From contig OZ245758.1 in the NCBI GenBank assembly GCA_965227405.1, positions 4,203,267-4,267,266 on the forward strand: DNA of 64,000 nt, in the 5' to 3' direction. This document shows positions 53,206 to 62,965 of this stretch, piece after piece. Position 1 is the first letter of the stretch, and each line of letters starts with the position of its first letter. The stretch is from Polyangiales bacterium (GTDB lineage Bacteria > Myxococcota_A > Polyangia > Polyangiales > Houyiibacteriaceae). Below the pieces are notes generated by a model that made no database searches, was not told the origin of the DNA, and worked only from the letters and a program-made list of their open reading frames with translations. The translations under genes and the position numbers were made by a program.

Positions 53206-54501
53206 ATGAGGTTCGCCTTCTTGGATCTCTTCGAACGACAGGCGCGTGGCGCAGCTCCTTTGGCGGATCGAATGCGTCCCCAAAAACTCGCTGATGTTGT
53301 CGGGCAAACACACTTGGTGGGTCCCGGGCAACTTCTGGCGCGTTTGATCAAGGCCGACAAACCGCCCTCCATGATTCTTTGGGGTCCACCCGGAACCGGG
53401 AAGACTTCGCTCGCCCAAGTTGTTGCCAACGAAACGTCCGCGCTCTTTCTCTCCTTCAGCGCTGTCCTTGGTGGTGTCGCCGAACTGCGAAAGTTGATCG
53501 CGCAAGGTAATGAGCGTCGCCGACTTGGCAAGCGCACAATTTTGTTTGTCGACGAGATTCACCGCTTCAACAAGGCGCAACAAGACGCGCTCTTGCCCCA
53601 TGTGGAAAACGGCACGGTGACTCTGATCGGTGCGACCACAGAAAATCCGTCGTTCGCAGTCAACGCGGCGTTACTGAGCCGGGCGCGTGTCTTTCGGTTG
53701 GAAGCGCTGGAGCAAGCGGACATTGCGACCGTGCTGCGACGCGCTCTCTCTCATCCTGAGGGAGTCAAGGCCGACGTCAGTGATGACGCGGTGGAGGCGC
53801 TTGCAGGTGCGGCGCAAGGGGATGCGCGTCGCGCGCTGACCGTGCTTGAGGCGCTGTGTGCGGATGGGCGTGCCGTGGACGTCGACGTCGTGCAGGAAGC
53901 GTTTGCCAGCAAGACGCTGCTCTACGACAAGAGCGGTGAGGAGCACTACAACGTTGTCAGCGCGTTCATCAAGTCGATGCGTGGCAACGATCCTGACGCT
54001 GCGATCTACTGGATGATGCGCATGCTCGACGCGGGGGACGACCCGCTCTTTGTGCTCCGTCGCATGATGATCTTTGCAAGCGAGGACATTGGCAGTGCGG
54101 ATCCCCGAGCGTTGCAGGTTGCTGTTGCTGCGGATGCGGCATTTCGACGGCTGGGGATGCCCGAGGGACTGCACGCGATGGCGCAGTGCTGCACGTACCT
54201 GGCGGTCGCACCCAAATCGAACGCCGCGTACAAAGCGTTTCTCGCAGCGCGCGCCGATATCGAGGCACACGGTGCGCTTCCTGTTCCGCTCAAGCTTCGC
54301 AATGCACCCACACAAGCCATGAAGAGCTGGGGCTATGGTTCGGGCTATCGCTACCCACACGACGAAGGTGGGCACGCAGCAGGTGAGACGTACTTGCCTG
54401 ACGCATTGGTGGGGCGTAGCTACTACGCGCCATCCAACCAAGGGTTGGAACAGAAGATTCGAGAACGTTTGGCCAGACTTCGTGGTCGCGAAGAGGAGTG
54501 A
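53206..54501 (+). CDS. rarA: replication-associated recombination protein A (AAA+ ATPase)
   Basis: MRPxxLxDVVGQxHL, Walker A GPPGTGKTSLA, Walker B ILFVDEIHRFNKAQQDALLP, and the C-terminal MgsA block HYNxxSAFIKSxRGSDPDAAxYW. Confidence 0.95.
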   Translation: MRFAFLDLFERQARGAAPLADRMRPQKLADVVGQTHLVGPGQLLARLIKADKPPSMILWGPPGTGKTSLAQVVANETSALFLSFSAVLGGVAELRKLIAQGNERRRLGKRTILFVDEIHRFNKAQQDALLPHVENGTVTLIGATTENPSFAVNAALLSRARVFRLEALEQADIATVLRRALSHPEGVKADVSDDAVEALAGAAQGDARRALTVLEALCADGRAVDVDVVQEAFASKTLLYDKSGEEHYNVVSAFIKSMRGNDPDAAIYWMMRMLDAGDDPLFVLRRMMIFASEDIGSADPRALQVAVAADAAFRRLGMPEGLHAMAQCCTYLAVAPKSNAAYKAFLAARADIEAHGALPVPLKLRNAPTQAMKSWGYGSGYRYPHDEGGHAAGETYLPDALVGRSYYAPSNQGLEQKIRERLARLRGREEE

Positions 54502-55329
54502 GTGTGAGGCGATTGATGCTCATGCTTTGTGTCGCGTGTTCGGGAACGCCTGCTTCCGAACCGCAACCGACACCGGAACCGGATCCTGAGATCGAACTCG
54601 CGATTCCTGATGCAATCGTGACCGCAGACGAGATTGCGTGGGAGCAGCTGAACCCAGCACGTGGCGATGCAAGCCCGATGGCGGCTGACCTTTGGGGGGG
54701 GACGCGCAAGCGATCAGGCAACCGGCTTCGTGGTTCGCTTCGTGGATGGGTTTAGCTCTCCGCCGCACATTCACAACGTCACGTACCGGGGAGTCGTGCT
54801 CTCAGGTCTGGTCCACAACGACGATCCCGATGCGGAAGAGATGTGGATGCAACCGGGTTCGTTTTGGACGCAGCCCAAAGGTGCAGTGCACATCACGTCC
54901 GCGCAGGGCGGCGAGACCACGGCATACATCGAAATCGACAGCGGTCCCTACCTGGTGCGCCCGACGACCGACGCGTTTGATGCCGGCGAGCAGCCTGTGA
55001 ACGTGGACGTGTCCAACCTTGTTTGGGTGGATGGATCCGATTTGGGTTGGGGTGGTGGATCATCCGTGGCGTTTCTTTGGTCGGCGCCGCATGCGCGAGG
55101 TCTCTTCGTTCGTCTTCCCGCCGGAGCTGAAGCGGTGATGCGGGGCAACGACCACAGGTTCCGCGCGGTGGTTGTTAGCGGTGAAGCGCGTGTGTCGCGC
55201 AGCGAAACCGAGCAGGTTGCTTTGTCGGTGAGTGGCTACTTCGCCTCGGATGATTCGATTGCAGTGACGTGCGGTGAAGGGTGCGTGCTCTACGTTCGCA
55301 CAGAAGGTGCGTTCGACATCGCGCCTTAG
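54498..55329 (+). pseudogene. cupin-like (DUF4437-type) lipoprotein gene interrupted by a frameshift in a G8 tract
   Basis: Frame A (54498-54755) encodes the signal plus lipobox MLMLCVACSG ...[17 protein letters not shown], then terminates. Frame B (54661-55329) continues ...[37 protein letters not shown]. The junction is the run of 8 G at 54694-54701. Deleting one G restores a single ~277-aa ORF. Confidence 0.7.
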
Positions 55330-55652
55330 TCGAGCTCGTCAAGGTCGTCGTAACTTGATGCGAACGCCTCTCGCGCTTCTGCTTGGTTGAGTCGTTGAAC
55401 GTATCGCTGAAGGATCAGGATTTCCGCACGTTCCTTGGACGCAAGGTCAGCGCGTCCTGCTTCGTCAAACTGCGCGGCGTTTTCCTCGCGTGTTTTGATC
55501 TGGCGGCGAACGACGCGCAGAGCTGTGGCGTCGTCGAGACGTGGAACGGCTTTGAGTGCGGTCTTCAACATACGAAGCGCGTCCCGCGCAGGAACGTCCC
55601 GCGCCTTCATCGCCGCGATGAGATCGGAACTCACTTGATCGAGCAGAGACAC
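55326..55652 (-). CDS. GatB/YqeY-domain protein
   Basis: GTG 55652 gives (M)[18 protein letters not shown]...LRMLKTALK...[36 protein letters not shown], matching the YqeY pattern. The start lies 2 nt after the upstream stop. Confidence 0.7.
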   Translation of the reverse strand: MSLLDQVSSDLIAAMKARDVPARDALRMLKTALKAVPRLDDATALRVVRRQIKTREENAAQFDEAGRADLASKERAEILILQRYVQRLNQAEAREAFASSYDDLDELD

Positions 55653-55654
55653 GA

Positions 55655-57928
55655 CTAGCGAATGTTCCGACCGACGCGCTCGGCCGCGACCAGCGCGAGC
55701 GCCGCGATGGTCCACTGGGGGTTCACGACGATGGTGCTTGGGAACACCGAGCCGTCTACGATGCTGACGTTGCTGGCTCCGCGCAGTCGAAAGTCCGGAT
55801 CGACCGCGCCGCCATGCGGGTGTTTGCTCATGCGCAGTCCGCCTTGGGGATGCGCAGAACTGAGCATGATGTGCTCGGGATGCTCCAACACGGGCTTGAG
55901 TTCTGCCACAAGCTCGTCCTCGGTCATGTCCCCGAAGCGTTTGCCGTTCGAGCCCTTGGCGTCGGCCTTCATGCACATGCCTTGGCCCAGAGGCGCGTAC
56001 GCGTCGCTCTTCGGGCTTTCACGAACCCCGGCGAAGCCGACTTCTTGGGCGCCTGCCGCGAAGTAAAGCCGAGCAACGGATGCGAGTGCCCGGCGGTTCA
56101 CGTCCATCTCGCTGTCGTTGAGTTTGTACTTCACAACCCGGTCTGCAGTGATCTCGCCCGTCTGCGGCGAACCGATGGTGGACGCGCACATCGCCAGTTT
56201 CTTGTAGTCCTGCATCCAGCCTAGGTGCCCTTCTCCTACACCCGGAACGACGTTGCTGATCAAGCCCGGTGGGACGAACGCGTTTTCGAGCACGTACCGC
56301 GTCTGGAGCGTTCCGCCGCCCGGGAGTTTGATGTCGTACGTGGGGTCACCGTGCTTGGTGGCGATGTACTTGATCTGAAAGCCGAGATGGCCAGGCTTGT
56401 CGAAAGGCGATGCCCAGCGTGCCATCACACCGGAACCGTAGTTGAAGCCAAGTCCAGTCCCGACGTGACCGCGAAACGAAGGCAACGAGCGCCATCGCGG
56501 ATCGTGTTCGGCTGTGCGTAAGAGCAGCGCGGAACTTCCCACAGCACCTGCACTGACCACGACATGATCGACTTCAATCCGGTGCTCGGAATCGCGTCCG
56601 ACCACCATGTGCGTGACCTTCATCTCACCGTCGCGCATTTGCCCTTCGAGGCGCTGCACCGGCAGGTTCTGGTGGATGCGCGCCCCTGCTTTGACTGCGT
56701 CCGGAATATACGTGAGGTCCATCGATAGCTTGTGCCCAAAGTGGCAGCCGTAGTTGCACAAGCCGCAGCCAAAGCAGTACTCGCCGTTTTGATCGGGGCG
56801 CTTTGGTGATTGACCGACGCGCATCTGCACGTTGTTCCACGCGTCGTCGCGATCGAACTCCCACCCACCGATTGCATCGGCGCCTTTGCCGAGCAGGTGT
56901 GACACGTCGGTGAACAGCTCTTGGGGAATACCCGCCATCGGACCCATGGACTGTCGGGCTTGCACCGCATCAAACGCAGCATCGAGTTTCGCGCGTTCGA
57001 TTCCGATCGAAAGCTCGCCCGACGTGGAACACCAAGCATCCAAGGTTTCGGGCCGAAGTCGCACGCTCAACCCGCTGGTCATCACTGTGCCGCCACCCAC
57101 CAGACGACCGCGCAGCAGATGGATGTCGAGGTTCTCGCTGAGCGTGAGCAACCCGGACTCGAAGAGTTGGCTCATTCCCACGAACGTATCGAGCGGGTAA
57201 CGACCAGGACGGATCCACGGCCCCGCTTCGAACACGGCAACATCGAACTTGCCTTGCTCGGCGAGTTTCGCCGCCATCACCGCACCGCCGGCACCCGATC
57301 CGATAATGGCGACTTTCGGTCGCCCATCATTCGCGAAGAGTCGCGCCGCTGAATACGGATGACCGGCGTAGTGGACGGACGCGACATCAACCGGATCAAA
57401 CACCGCAGGCTGCTTGAGCTTGTCGAGTTCCACGACGTCGGGCCGTTGCGGATACGTGCGGTCCCAAACGCGCGTGTATCCAGAAATGTCGTCGGCGTCC
57501 GGGTTGGAGTAGAACGCGAGCGACATCATCTCGCGGAGCGATTTCGCGAGGTCACGCGCGTGGACGGGCAGAATGCCGTCGATGCGATCGAGCAAGCGAT
57601 CCAAGAGCTTGCCATCGCTTCGAAACAGCCGGCGTACGAACCGTTTTCGTGCGCGCGTGGATTGCCGCCACGGCGGTACACCAAAACCAAGCGCAGTTCC
57701 TTGCACAAACGACACGGTCAGCAGCATGACCAACTGTTCGCGCGCCCCTTCGTGCGGCGGGATGGACTGCACGTACGCATCGAAGCGTTGTGTGGCTTGT
57801 TTGACCAGCGGGGCGTACTTGGGATCCGTAACGCCCAAAACGTGCGGGAGATACGCCTCAAACGTCTTGAGAAGTATCCGCGGAAGCGGTTTGGACAACT
57901 GAACCAAATCGCGACGCAGCTCGGTCAT
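55655..57928 (-). CDS. GMC-family FAD oxidoreductase with ~230-aa N-terminal extension
   Basis: ADP-binding fold VAIIGSGAGGAVMAAKLAEQG and the C-terminal GMC block HPQGGLRM...VDPDFRLRGASNVSIVDGSVFPS...NPQWTIAALA. ATG 57928. Confidence 0.85.
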   Translation of the reverse strand: MTELRRDLVQLSKPLPRILLKTFEAYLPHVLGVTDPKYAPLVKQATQRFDAYVQSIPPHEGAREQLVMLLTVSFVQGTALGFGVPPWRQSTRARKRFVRRLFRSDGKLLDRLLDRIDGILPVHARDLAKSLREMMSLAFYSNPDADDISGYTRVWDRTYPQRPDVVELDKLKQPAVFDPVDVASVHYAGHPYSAARLFANDGRPKVAIIGSGAGGAVMAAKLAEQGKFDVAVFEAGPWIRPGRYPLDTFVGMSQLFESGLLTLSENLDIHLLRGRLVGGGTVMTSGLSVRLRPETLDAWCSTSGELSIGIERAKLDAAFDAVQARQSMGPMAGIPQELFTDVSHLLGKGADAIGGWEFDRDDAWNNVQMRVGQSPKRPDQNGEYCFGCGLCNYGCHFGHKLSMDLTYIPDAVKAGARIHQNLPVQRLEGQMRDGEMKVTHMVVGRDSEHRIEVDHVVVSAGAVGSSALLLRTAEHDPRWRSLPSFRGHVGTGLGFNYGSGVMARWASPFDKPGHLGFQIKYIATKHGDPTYDIKLPGGGTLQTRYVLENAFVPPGLISNVVPGVGEGHLGWMQDYKKLAMCASTIGSPQTGEITADRVVKYKLNDSEMDVNRRALASVARLYFAAGAQEVGFAGVRESPKSDAYAPLGQGMCMKADAKGSNGKRFGDMTEDELVAELKPVLEHPEHIMLSSAHPQGGLRMSKHPHGGAVDPDFRLRGASNVSIVDGSVFPSTIVVNPQWTIAALALVAAERVGRNIR

Positions 57929-57938
57929 GACACCCCCT

Positions 57939-59438
57939 CTATCGATCCGGTTGGAACATGCGTTCCTGAGACTGATCTTGGTCGTAGTACTGCTCGGCGC
58001 GTAAGAAGGTCGCTGCACCAAACGTGTTGATCGCGATCGACCAAAGTAAGAGCACCACGAAGCCAATGCGAAACTTGCGTTGCCCCAGCGCGATTAACGT
58101 GAAGACCAGTGGCAAGTAGTCGAGCGCGAAGCGGTACCCAAACTGTGCCCAACCACTGTTCTGGTAGCAGAGGTTAAGCAGCGCGACGGGAATCACTGCA
58201 GCCCACAAACCGTAAGTGGTCAGGCTGGTCTTCTTCGGCCAGAGCGCCCACAAGATCGCCGGCGTCGTGACCCACAGAGCGAGTCCGTGTCGGCTAATGG
58301 TGAGGTACGGAGCCTCGGCCGAGAGCCACGGCGTGCTGGCCGCAAACACGGCGAGGTTCTTGGAGAAGTAGTGGTAGTTGAACAGACCCCAGCGCTCGAT
58401 GCGGGGACGCCAACGGATCTGCAGGTAGGTGTGCCCGAACTCAAAAGGGTCATCAAAGCGCGCTTCGTTCATCCACATGGCGATGCCGCCACACACCAAA
58501 ATCGGAGCGGCGAAGAGCAGGCCGATCCGAAACGCGCGTTTCCAATCGACGCCCGCAAGCCATGGACGAATCCGGCGATACCACGCGTCCGCGTCGACGT
58601 TCGTTCCGTCGTGAACCGCTTTGAGGATCTCGAACGCCATAAACGGGAAGAGCAATGCCGTTGTCGGGCGAGTGAGAAAGGCGCAACCCAACATGAGCCC
58701 AGCCAGAACAGGTCGGCGCGCATCCAGGCCGAAGTAGACGTAGAGAATCAGTAAGGGAATGCAGCAGACGTGCGCTGCAAACCACACCGTTCCTTGGACA
58801 GAAACGAAATAGAACACCGACCCAAACGCAAAGAGGGCGGTGAGCATGAGGTCTTCGCGGAGGGATCGGCCGCTTCGTCCGTTCTCGCGCAGCATGCGCA
58901 GCAGCATGAAGAGCAGCGCGGGGCCAAGACCTGCGAGCAATGCCCAGAACACGTAGTCCGACACGTCGACGCCGAAAATCGCTACTGCGGGGAGGATGAC
59001 GGCGGCGGGGAAAGGCGGGAACGAGACGTACCAGAGGTAGCGTTCTTGGTCGCCGAACCGGAACCGGTTGTTGGGGCAGAGATCTTTTTCCTGCGTGTCG
59101 TAGCAAGCCCAGTCGTTGTTGCCGGGTGGGTGACCTTGATGGTGCAGTTGTCCAGCAAGCCAGCTGTCGGCGAGGTGCGCGTAGTGGTTGTCGGGACTCG
59201 TTTCACCGAAACGTTGGCCGAGGGTGCCTAAGTACACGCCGCTACACAGGACGTAGATCAATAGCGGAAGTGCAAATCGTCGTTTCCAGATCGGAGGCTT
59301 CTCATCGCCCTTGGCGTCTGACTTTGCGTCGGACTTCGCGTCTGACTTCGCGTCGGACCTTTCATCCGCTTCCGGCGATTCCTCGGACGACTCCTCGGTC
59401 GCGTCTTCGGCGTCGGTCTGCTCGGCCTCGTTGCTCAC
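57939..59438 (-). CDS. GT-C-fold membrane glycosyltransferase (ArnT/PMT-like) with acidic (SDAK)4 N-terminal tail
   Basis: At least 10 hydrophobic helices and an extracytoplasmic first loop with conserved acidic/aromatic residues. The family call is from overall architecture only. Confidence 0.55.
   Translation of the reverse strand: MSNEAEQTDAEDATEESSEESPEADERSDAKSDAKSDAKSDAKGDEKPPIWKRRFALPLLIYVLCSGVYLGTLGQRFGETSPDNHYAHLADSWLAGQLHHQGHPPGNNDWACYDTQEKDLCPNNRFRFGDQERYLWYVSFPPFPAAVILPAVAIFGVDVSDYVFWALLAGLGPALLFMLLRMLRENGRSGRSLREDLMLTALFAFGSVFYFVSVQGTVWFAAHVCCIPLLILYVYFGLDARRPVLAGLMLGCAFLTRPTTALLFPFMAFEILKAVHDGTNVDADAWYRRIRPWLAGVDWKRAFRIGLLFAAPILVCGGIAMWMNEARFDDPFEFGHTYLQIRWRPRIERWGLFNYHYFSKNLAVFAASTPWLSAEAPYLTISRHGLALWVTTPAILWALWPKKTSLTTYGLWAAVIPVALLNLCYQNSGWAQFGYRFALDYLPLVFTLIALGQRKFRIGFVVLLLWSIAINTFGAATFLRAEQYYDQDQSQERMFQPDR
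59314..59361 (-). repeat. 4 x 12-bp tandem repeat encoding (SDAK)4
   Basis: GCGTC(T/G)GACTT(T/C) units start at 59314, 59326, 59338 and 59350. Confidence 0.85.
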
Positions 59439-59498
59439 GCGGGGCGAGGATACTCACAACGCGCGCCACGTCGATCATTGTGTGTGCCATTTTCGAGC

Positions 59499-62399
59499 AT
59501 GCGCTTTTTTCTGGTCTTGAGTTTGGGGTTCGCCCTCGCATGTGGTGACGACGACGGCGGCACGGACGCTGGCGATGCAGGCGCCATGGACGGAGGAACG
59601 GACGTTGGGCCGGTTGATGCCCAAACGATCGAAGAGATCCCCGCGGAAGAGGAAATCGAGCTGGCCGGGCTCGGTGCCAACGTGGACGCGGTCCAAGACG
59701 AGCGTGGCATGTGGCACATCTACGGTTCGGATCTCGACGACGTGATTCGTGCGCAGGGATACCTGCAGGCTCAGGACCGAATGGGTCAGATGGAGTTCAT
59801 TCGCCGGCAAGCGACCGGGACACTCGGCGAGTTTGCAGGAGGCTTTGTTCCTGAGCTCCTCGATGCCGATGCGGATGCTCGTTTCGATGGTCACCGACGT
59901 AACGCGATGGCGATCGTGCCCACGTTGAGCGAAGAAGAGCTTGGCTTGCTCGAGACCTACGCCGCAGGCGTGAACGAGTACATCGCGAAGCTGCGCACGT
60001 TTGAAGAGCAGCTTCCGCGTGGCGTGAGCTCAATCGTCAACGGCGACCTCCTCGTCGATTGGACAGTGATCGACAGCCTTGCCATCGCGCGTCTTCAGGC
60101 GGCATCACTCTCGCTCGACACCCGCGACGACCTCAACAACACCGATCGTCTTGATCGATGGCGCACCTTCTTCCCGGCTGACGACGATGACCCGCGCATC
60201 GCTGCACTCTCAGGTGCATTTCATGACCTCTACTCCTATCGACCAGCGCGTTCTGCGTATGTTCGCGATGGATACCCGAACGTTGGAACCGATACCGGAA
60301 CACGCGCGATTCGTCGTCCGAGGCCTCCGGTGGGCTCCGTCGAGGTGGCGCTTCCTCCGCGGCGTGTGATCGACGCGGGTCTTCGTTTCGCCGAGCGCCA
60401 AGAAGCGCGTTTCGCAAGTCTGTTCGGTGGGGATGAGCACCGAGGAAGCAACAGCTGGGTTGTGGACGGTTCCGCGACGGCGACAGGCAATCCGATGCTC
60501 GCAAACGATCCCCACCTTGCGCTCACGAGCCCTCCATTGTTTTGGATGGCGCATGTGAACACCAAGCGCGCAGGCGGCGACGTGGATGTCGCGGGTCAAA
60601 TGATCGCCGGTACGCCTGTGAACATTCTGGGCTTCACGGATCAAATCGCCTGGGGTCTCACCACGAGCGGGTACGACGTGACCGACGTGTTCATGGAGGT
60701 CATCACGCCGGGTGACCCCGACACGGTCGAGCACAACGGGTCGCAGGTTGCGATCGAAACGGTGACCGAGATCCTGCGCGACGACCTCGGTGGAATGCGC
60801 ACGCTGGAGTTTGAAAACGTGCCGCACCACGGCTTGATCATTCCGGGTACCCGTACAGCGTGCACCGCGGAAGACGCGCCTCCGTGCGAGGTCGGCAAGG
60901 AAATCGCCTTCTCTGTGCAGTGGACGGGCAATGAACCGACCAACGAAGCCGGCGCGTTTGTGGATTTGTACCGTGCCCAAAACGTAGATGACGCACGCGA
61001 TGCGTGGCGGAAGTTCGAGGTGGGTGGTCAGACCCTCGTGGTGATCGATCGCGAGGGCAACATCTTCTACACCAGCTCGGTGCGCATTCCGGTGCGTGAC
61101 GAAAGTACGAATACGTATGACCCGGAGACGCAAACCGGAGCGTCGCCCTGCTATGTGTTGGACGGCCGCGGCGATCAGGATTGGACCAGCGACTTCGTCG
61201 ACGAGCGGTACCTCCCGCACACGCTCAATCCCGACGAGAACTTCATCTTCACGGCGAACGGCGACCCGGTCGGTGTGACCGAAGACAACAACCCGCACAA
61301 CGGTGTCGATCCGGACGACCCTGAAGACGACATCTTCATCGGCTGCGCGTTTGCGAACGGTTACCGTGCCGACCGCATTCAAGAGCGGCTTCGTGAGTTG
61401 GTTGCCGGTGGAAACGTGACAGCTCAGGACATGATCGATCTCCAGAACGATGCGGTATCGCCGCTGGGTCGAATCATGGTTCCCGCGATGCTCATCCACC
61501 TGGATCGAGCGCTGGTGGAACGCGATGCGCCGGGCACACACCCGGATCTTACGGCTGCGGTCACCGAGAACGCCGCAGCGATGGATCGCGTTGAAATGGC
61601 GCGTGATCGACTCATGGCGTGGAACAGTTTCGATACGCCTCCGGCTGTCGAAGGGACGCCTGCCGCGGACGAGATTGCGGACAGTGTGGCGACGTCGATC
61701 TTCAACGTGGCATTCGGTCACCTGATGCGAAACACGTTTGATGACGAGCTGGACCTGCATCGTGACGGCATGCTCGACGGTGAGATCGGTCGCACCAACT
61801 TGGTCAACCGCGCGATGATCTTCATGGCGACCGATCCGACGACGATGGCGAGCTACGACGATACGCTGGGTGATTCTGTGCTCTGGGATGACCTCAATAC
61901 CGCTGAGGTCGAAGGTCGCGCTGACCGTATCCTTCGTGCGCTGGTCGATGCGTTGGCTTGGCTTGAGGACCGTTTCGGAAGCGCGGACATGGACACGTGG
62001 CGTTGGGGACAGCTCCACACGATTCGGCTTGATGCACTCGTACCGGCTTCGCTCTTGGGCGACGACCCCTTGAGTATTCCGGTGCCGACCGATGAGATGT
62101 TCCCGGACGGCTTCCCGCGTCAGGGCGACCGTGGTGTTGTGGACGCGTCGAACTTCGGGTTCTTCAGCTTCGAAGGCGTCGACTACGGAAGCGGACCCGT
62201 GCAGCGCATGGTGGTGGAGATGACCCCCGAAGGCCCTGTGGCCGTGAACTCGCTTCCGGGTGGAAACAGCGAAGACCCGGACTCGATGTTCCATCGCAAC
62301 GAGATGGAGCGCTGGCGCTTCAACGAAGTGACCACGGTCCCGTTTACGGAGCGCGAAGTGATCACGGCTGCAGTTCGCCGGATTCGCTTTACCCCTTAG
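59499..62399 (+). CDS. penicillin-acylase (S45, Ntn-hydrolase) family lipoprotein
   Basis: ATG 59499 gives MRFFLVLSLGFALACGDDD. The autoprocessing/nucleophile region is GSNSWVVDG...GNPMLANDPHL. There are also N-terminal A-subunit-like blocks (WHIYG...QGYLQAQDR). Confidence 0.85.
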   Translation: MRFFLVLSLGFALACGDDDGGTDAGDAGAMDGGTDVGPVDAQTIEEIPAEEEIELAGLGANVDAVQDERGMWHIYGSDLDDVIRAQGYLQAQDRMGQMEFIRRQATGTLGEFAGGFVPELLDADADARFDGHRRNAMAIVPTLSEEELGLLETYAAGVNEYIAKLRTFEEQLPRGVSSIVNGDLLVDWTVIDSLAIARLQAASLSLDTRDDLNNTDRLDRWRTFFPADDDDPRIAALSGAFHDLYSYRPARSAYVRDGYPNVGTDTGTRAIRRPRPPVGSVEVALPPRRVIDAGLRFAERQEARFASLFGGDEHRGSNSWVVDGSATATGNPMLANDPHLALTSPPLFWMAHVNTKRAGGDVDVAGQMIAGTPVNILGFTDQIAWGLTTSGYDVTDVFMEVITPGDPDTVEHNGSQVAIETVTEILRDDLGGMRTLEFENVPHHGLIIPGTRTACTAEDAPPCEVGKEIAFSVQWTGNEPTNEAGAFVDLYRAQNVDDARDAWRKFEVGGQTLVVIDREGNIFYTSSVRIPVRDESTNTYDPETQTGASPCYVLDGRGDQDWTSDFVDERYLPHTLNPDENFIFTANGDPVGVTEDNNPHNGVDPDDPEDDIFIGCAFANGYRADRIQERLRELVAGGNVTAQDMIDLQNDAVSPLGRIMVPAMLIHLDRALVERDAPGTHPDLTAAVTENAAAMDRVEMARDRLMAWNSFDTPPAVEGTPAADEIADSVATSIFNVAFGHLMRNTFDDELDLHRDGMLDGEIGRTNLVNRAMIFMATDPTTMASYDDTLGDSVLWDDLNTAEVEGRADRILRALVDALAWLEDRFGSADMDTWRWGQLHTIRLDALVPASLLGDDPLSIPVPTDEMFPDGFPRQGDRGVVDASNFGFFSFEGVDYGSGPVQRMVVEMTPEGPVAVNSLPGGNSEDPDSMFHRNEMERWRFNEVTTVPFTEREVITAAVRRIRFTP

Positions 62400-62456
62400 C
62401 TCGACGCTGGAACGCCCCCAAACGTCCTGTGCCCACAGCGAATTGTGTTCAGGTTG

Positions 62457-62490
62457 ATGTATATACGTGGCGTGGATAACGTATATACAT
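62457..62490. promoter_or_regulatory. AT-rich 12-bp perfect inverted repeat (two GTATATAC palindromes 22 bp apart) overlapping a start codon; candidate operator
   Basis: ATGTATATACGT (62457-62468), a 10-bp spacer, then ACGTATATACAT (62479-62490). The ATG of the downstream gene is at 62489. This is a local AT-rich patch in a GC-rich genome. Confidence 0.55.
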
Positions 62491-62965
62491 GCTCCTCGGA
62501 GTGTTCCAGGACCTGGATCGCTGGGTCGCTGCCGCAAATCGTGACGCGGACGAAGCTGGGCTGACTTCGTTTCGTCGCGCCACGATTCGCGTCCTTGGCC
62601 AAACCGCGCTGCTCGCATCCGATGTTGGCCTCACCCTTGTCGCGACTCAGGACGTCGACGTGTACTCCGACTGTGAGTGGGCGGTTCGCAAGGAGTTTGA
62701 ACGGCTGCTGGCTGCAAAGCACCAAGTTCTCGATCCGCATGGAGAAGAAGTTTGGATGCCAGCAGAGACTGAGTACGACCTCGTGTTTGATGGGACGTGG
62801 GTTCGCGGTTTCGTTGCTCAGCCTGACTTCGTACTGATCTCAAAAGCTCTCAAAGCGCCTGACAAGAACCGTGCGTTGATTGTGGAGTACTTGGCGCAAG
62901 GAGCCTCGCCTCGATTTATTCAGCTCGCAGATGAATATGACGTCGACTTGGAGGCGTTTCTGTGA
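62489..62965 (+). CDS. nucleotidyltransferase-fold-like protein (DUF6036/AbiEii/MNT-like)
   Basis: 158 aa. VLGQTALLASDVGLTLVATQDVDV resembles the NTase G-x-A...T-x-D-x-D core. Downstream LISKALKAPDKNRALIVEYL resembles the K-x3-R-x-K-D helix of these families. Confidence 0.55.
   Translation: MLLGVFQDLDRWVAAANRDADEAGLTSFRRATIRVLGQTALLASDVGLTLVATQDVDVYSDCEWAVRKEFERLLAAKHQVLDPHGEEVWMPAETEYDLVFDGTWVRGFVAQPDFVLISKALKAPDKNRALIVEYLAQGASPRFIQLADEYDVDLEAFL

Noticed and set aside
60210-62618. 802-aa minus-strand ORF
   Set aside because: It is antisense to the penicillin-acylase-family gene, whose plus-strand frame has the SNSW...ANDPHL signature. The minus-strand product is Arg/His-rich and motif-free.
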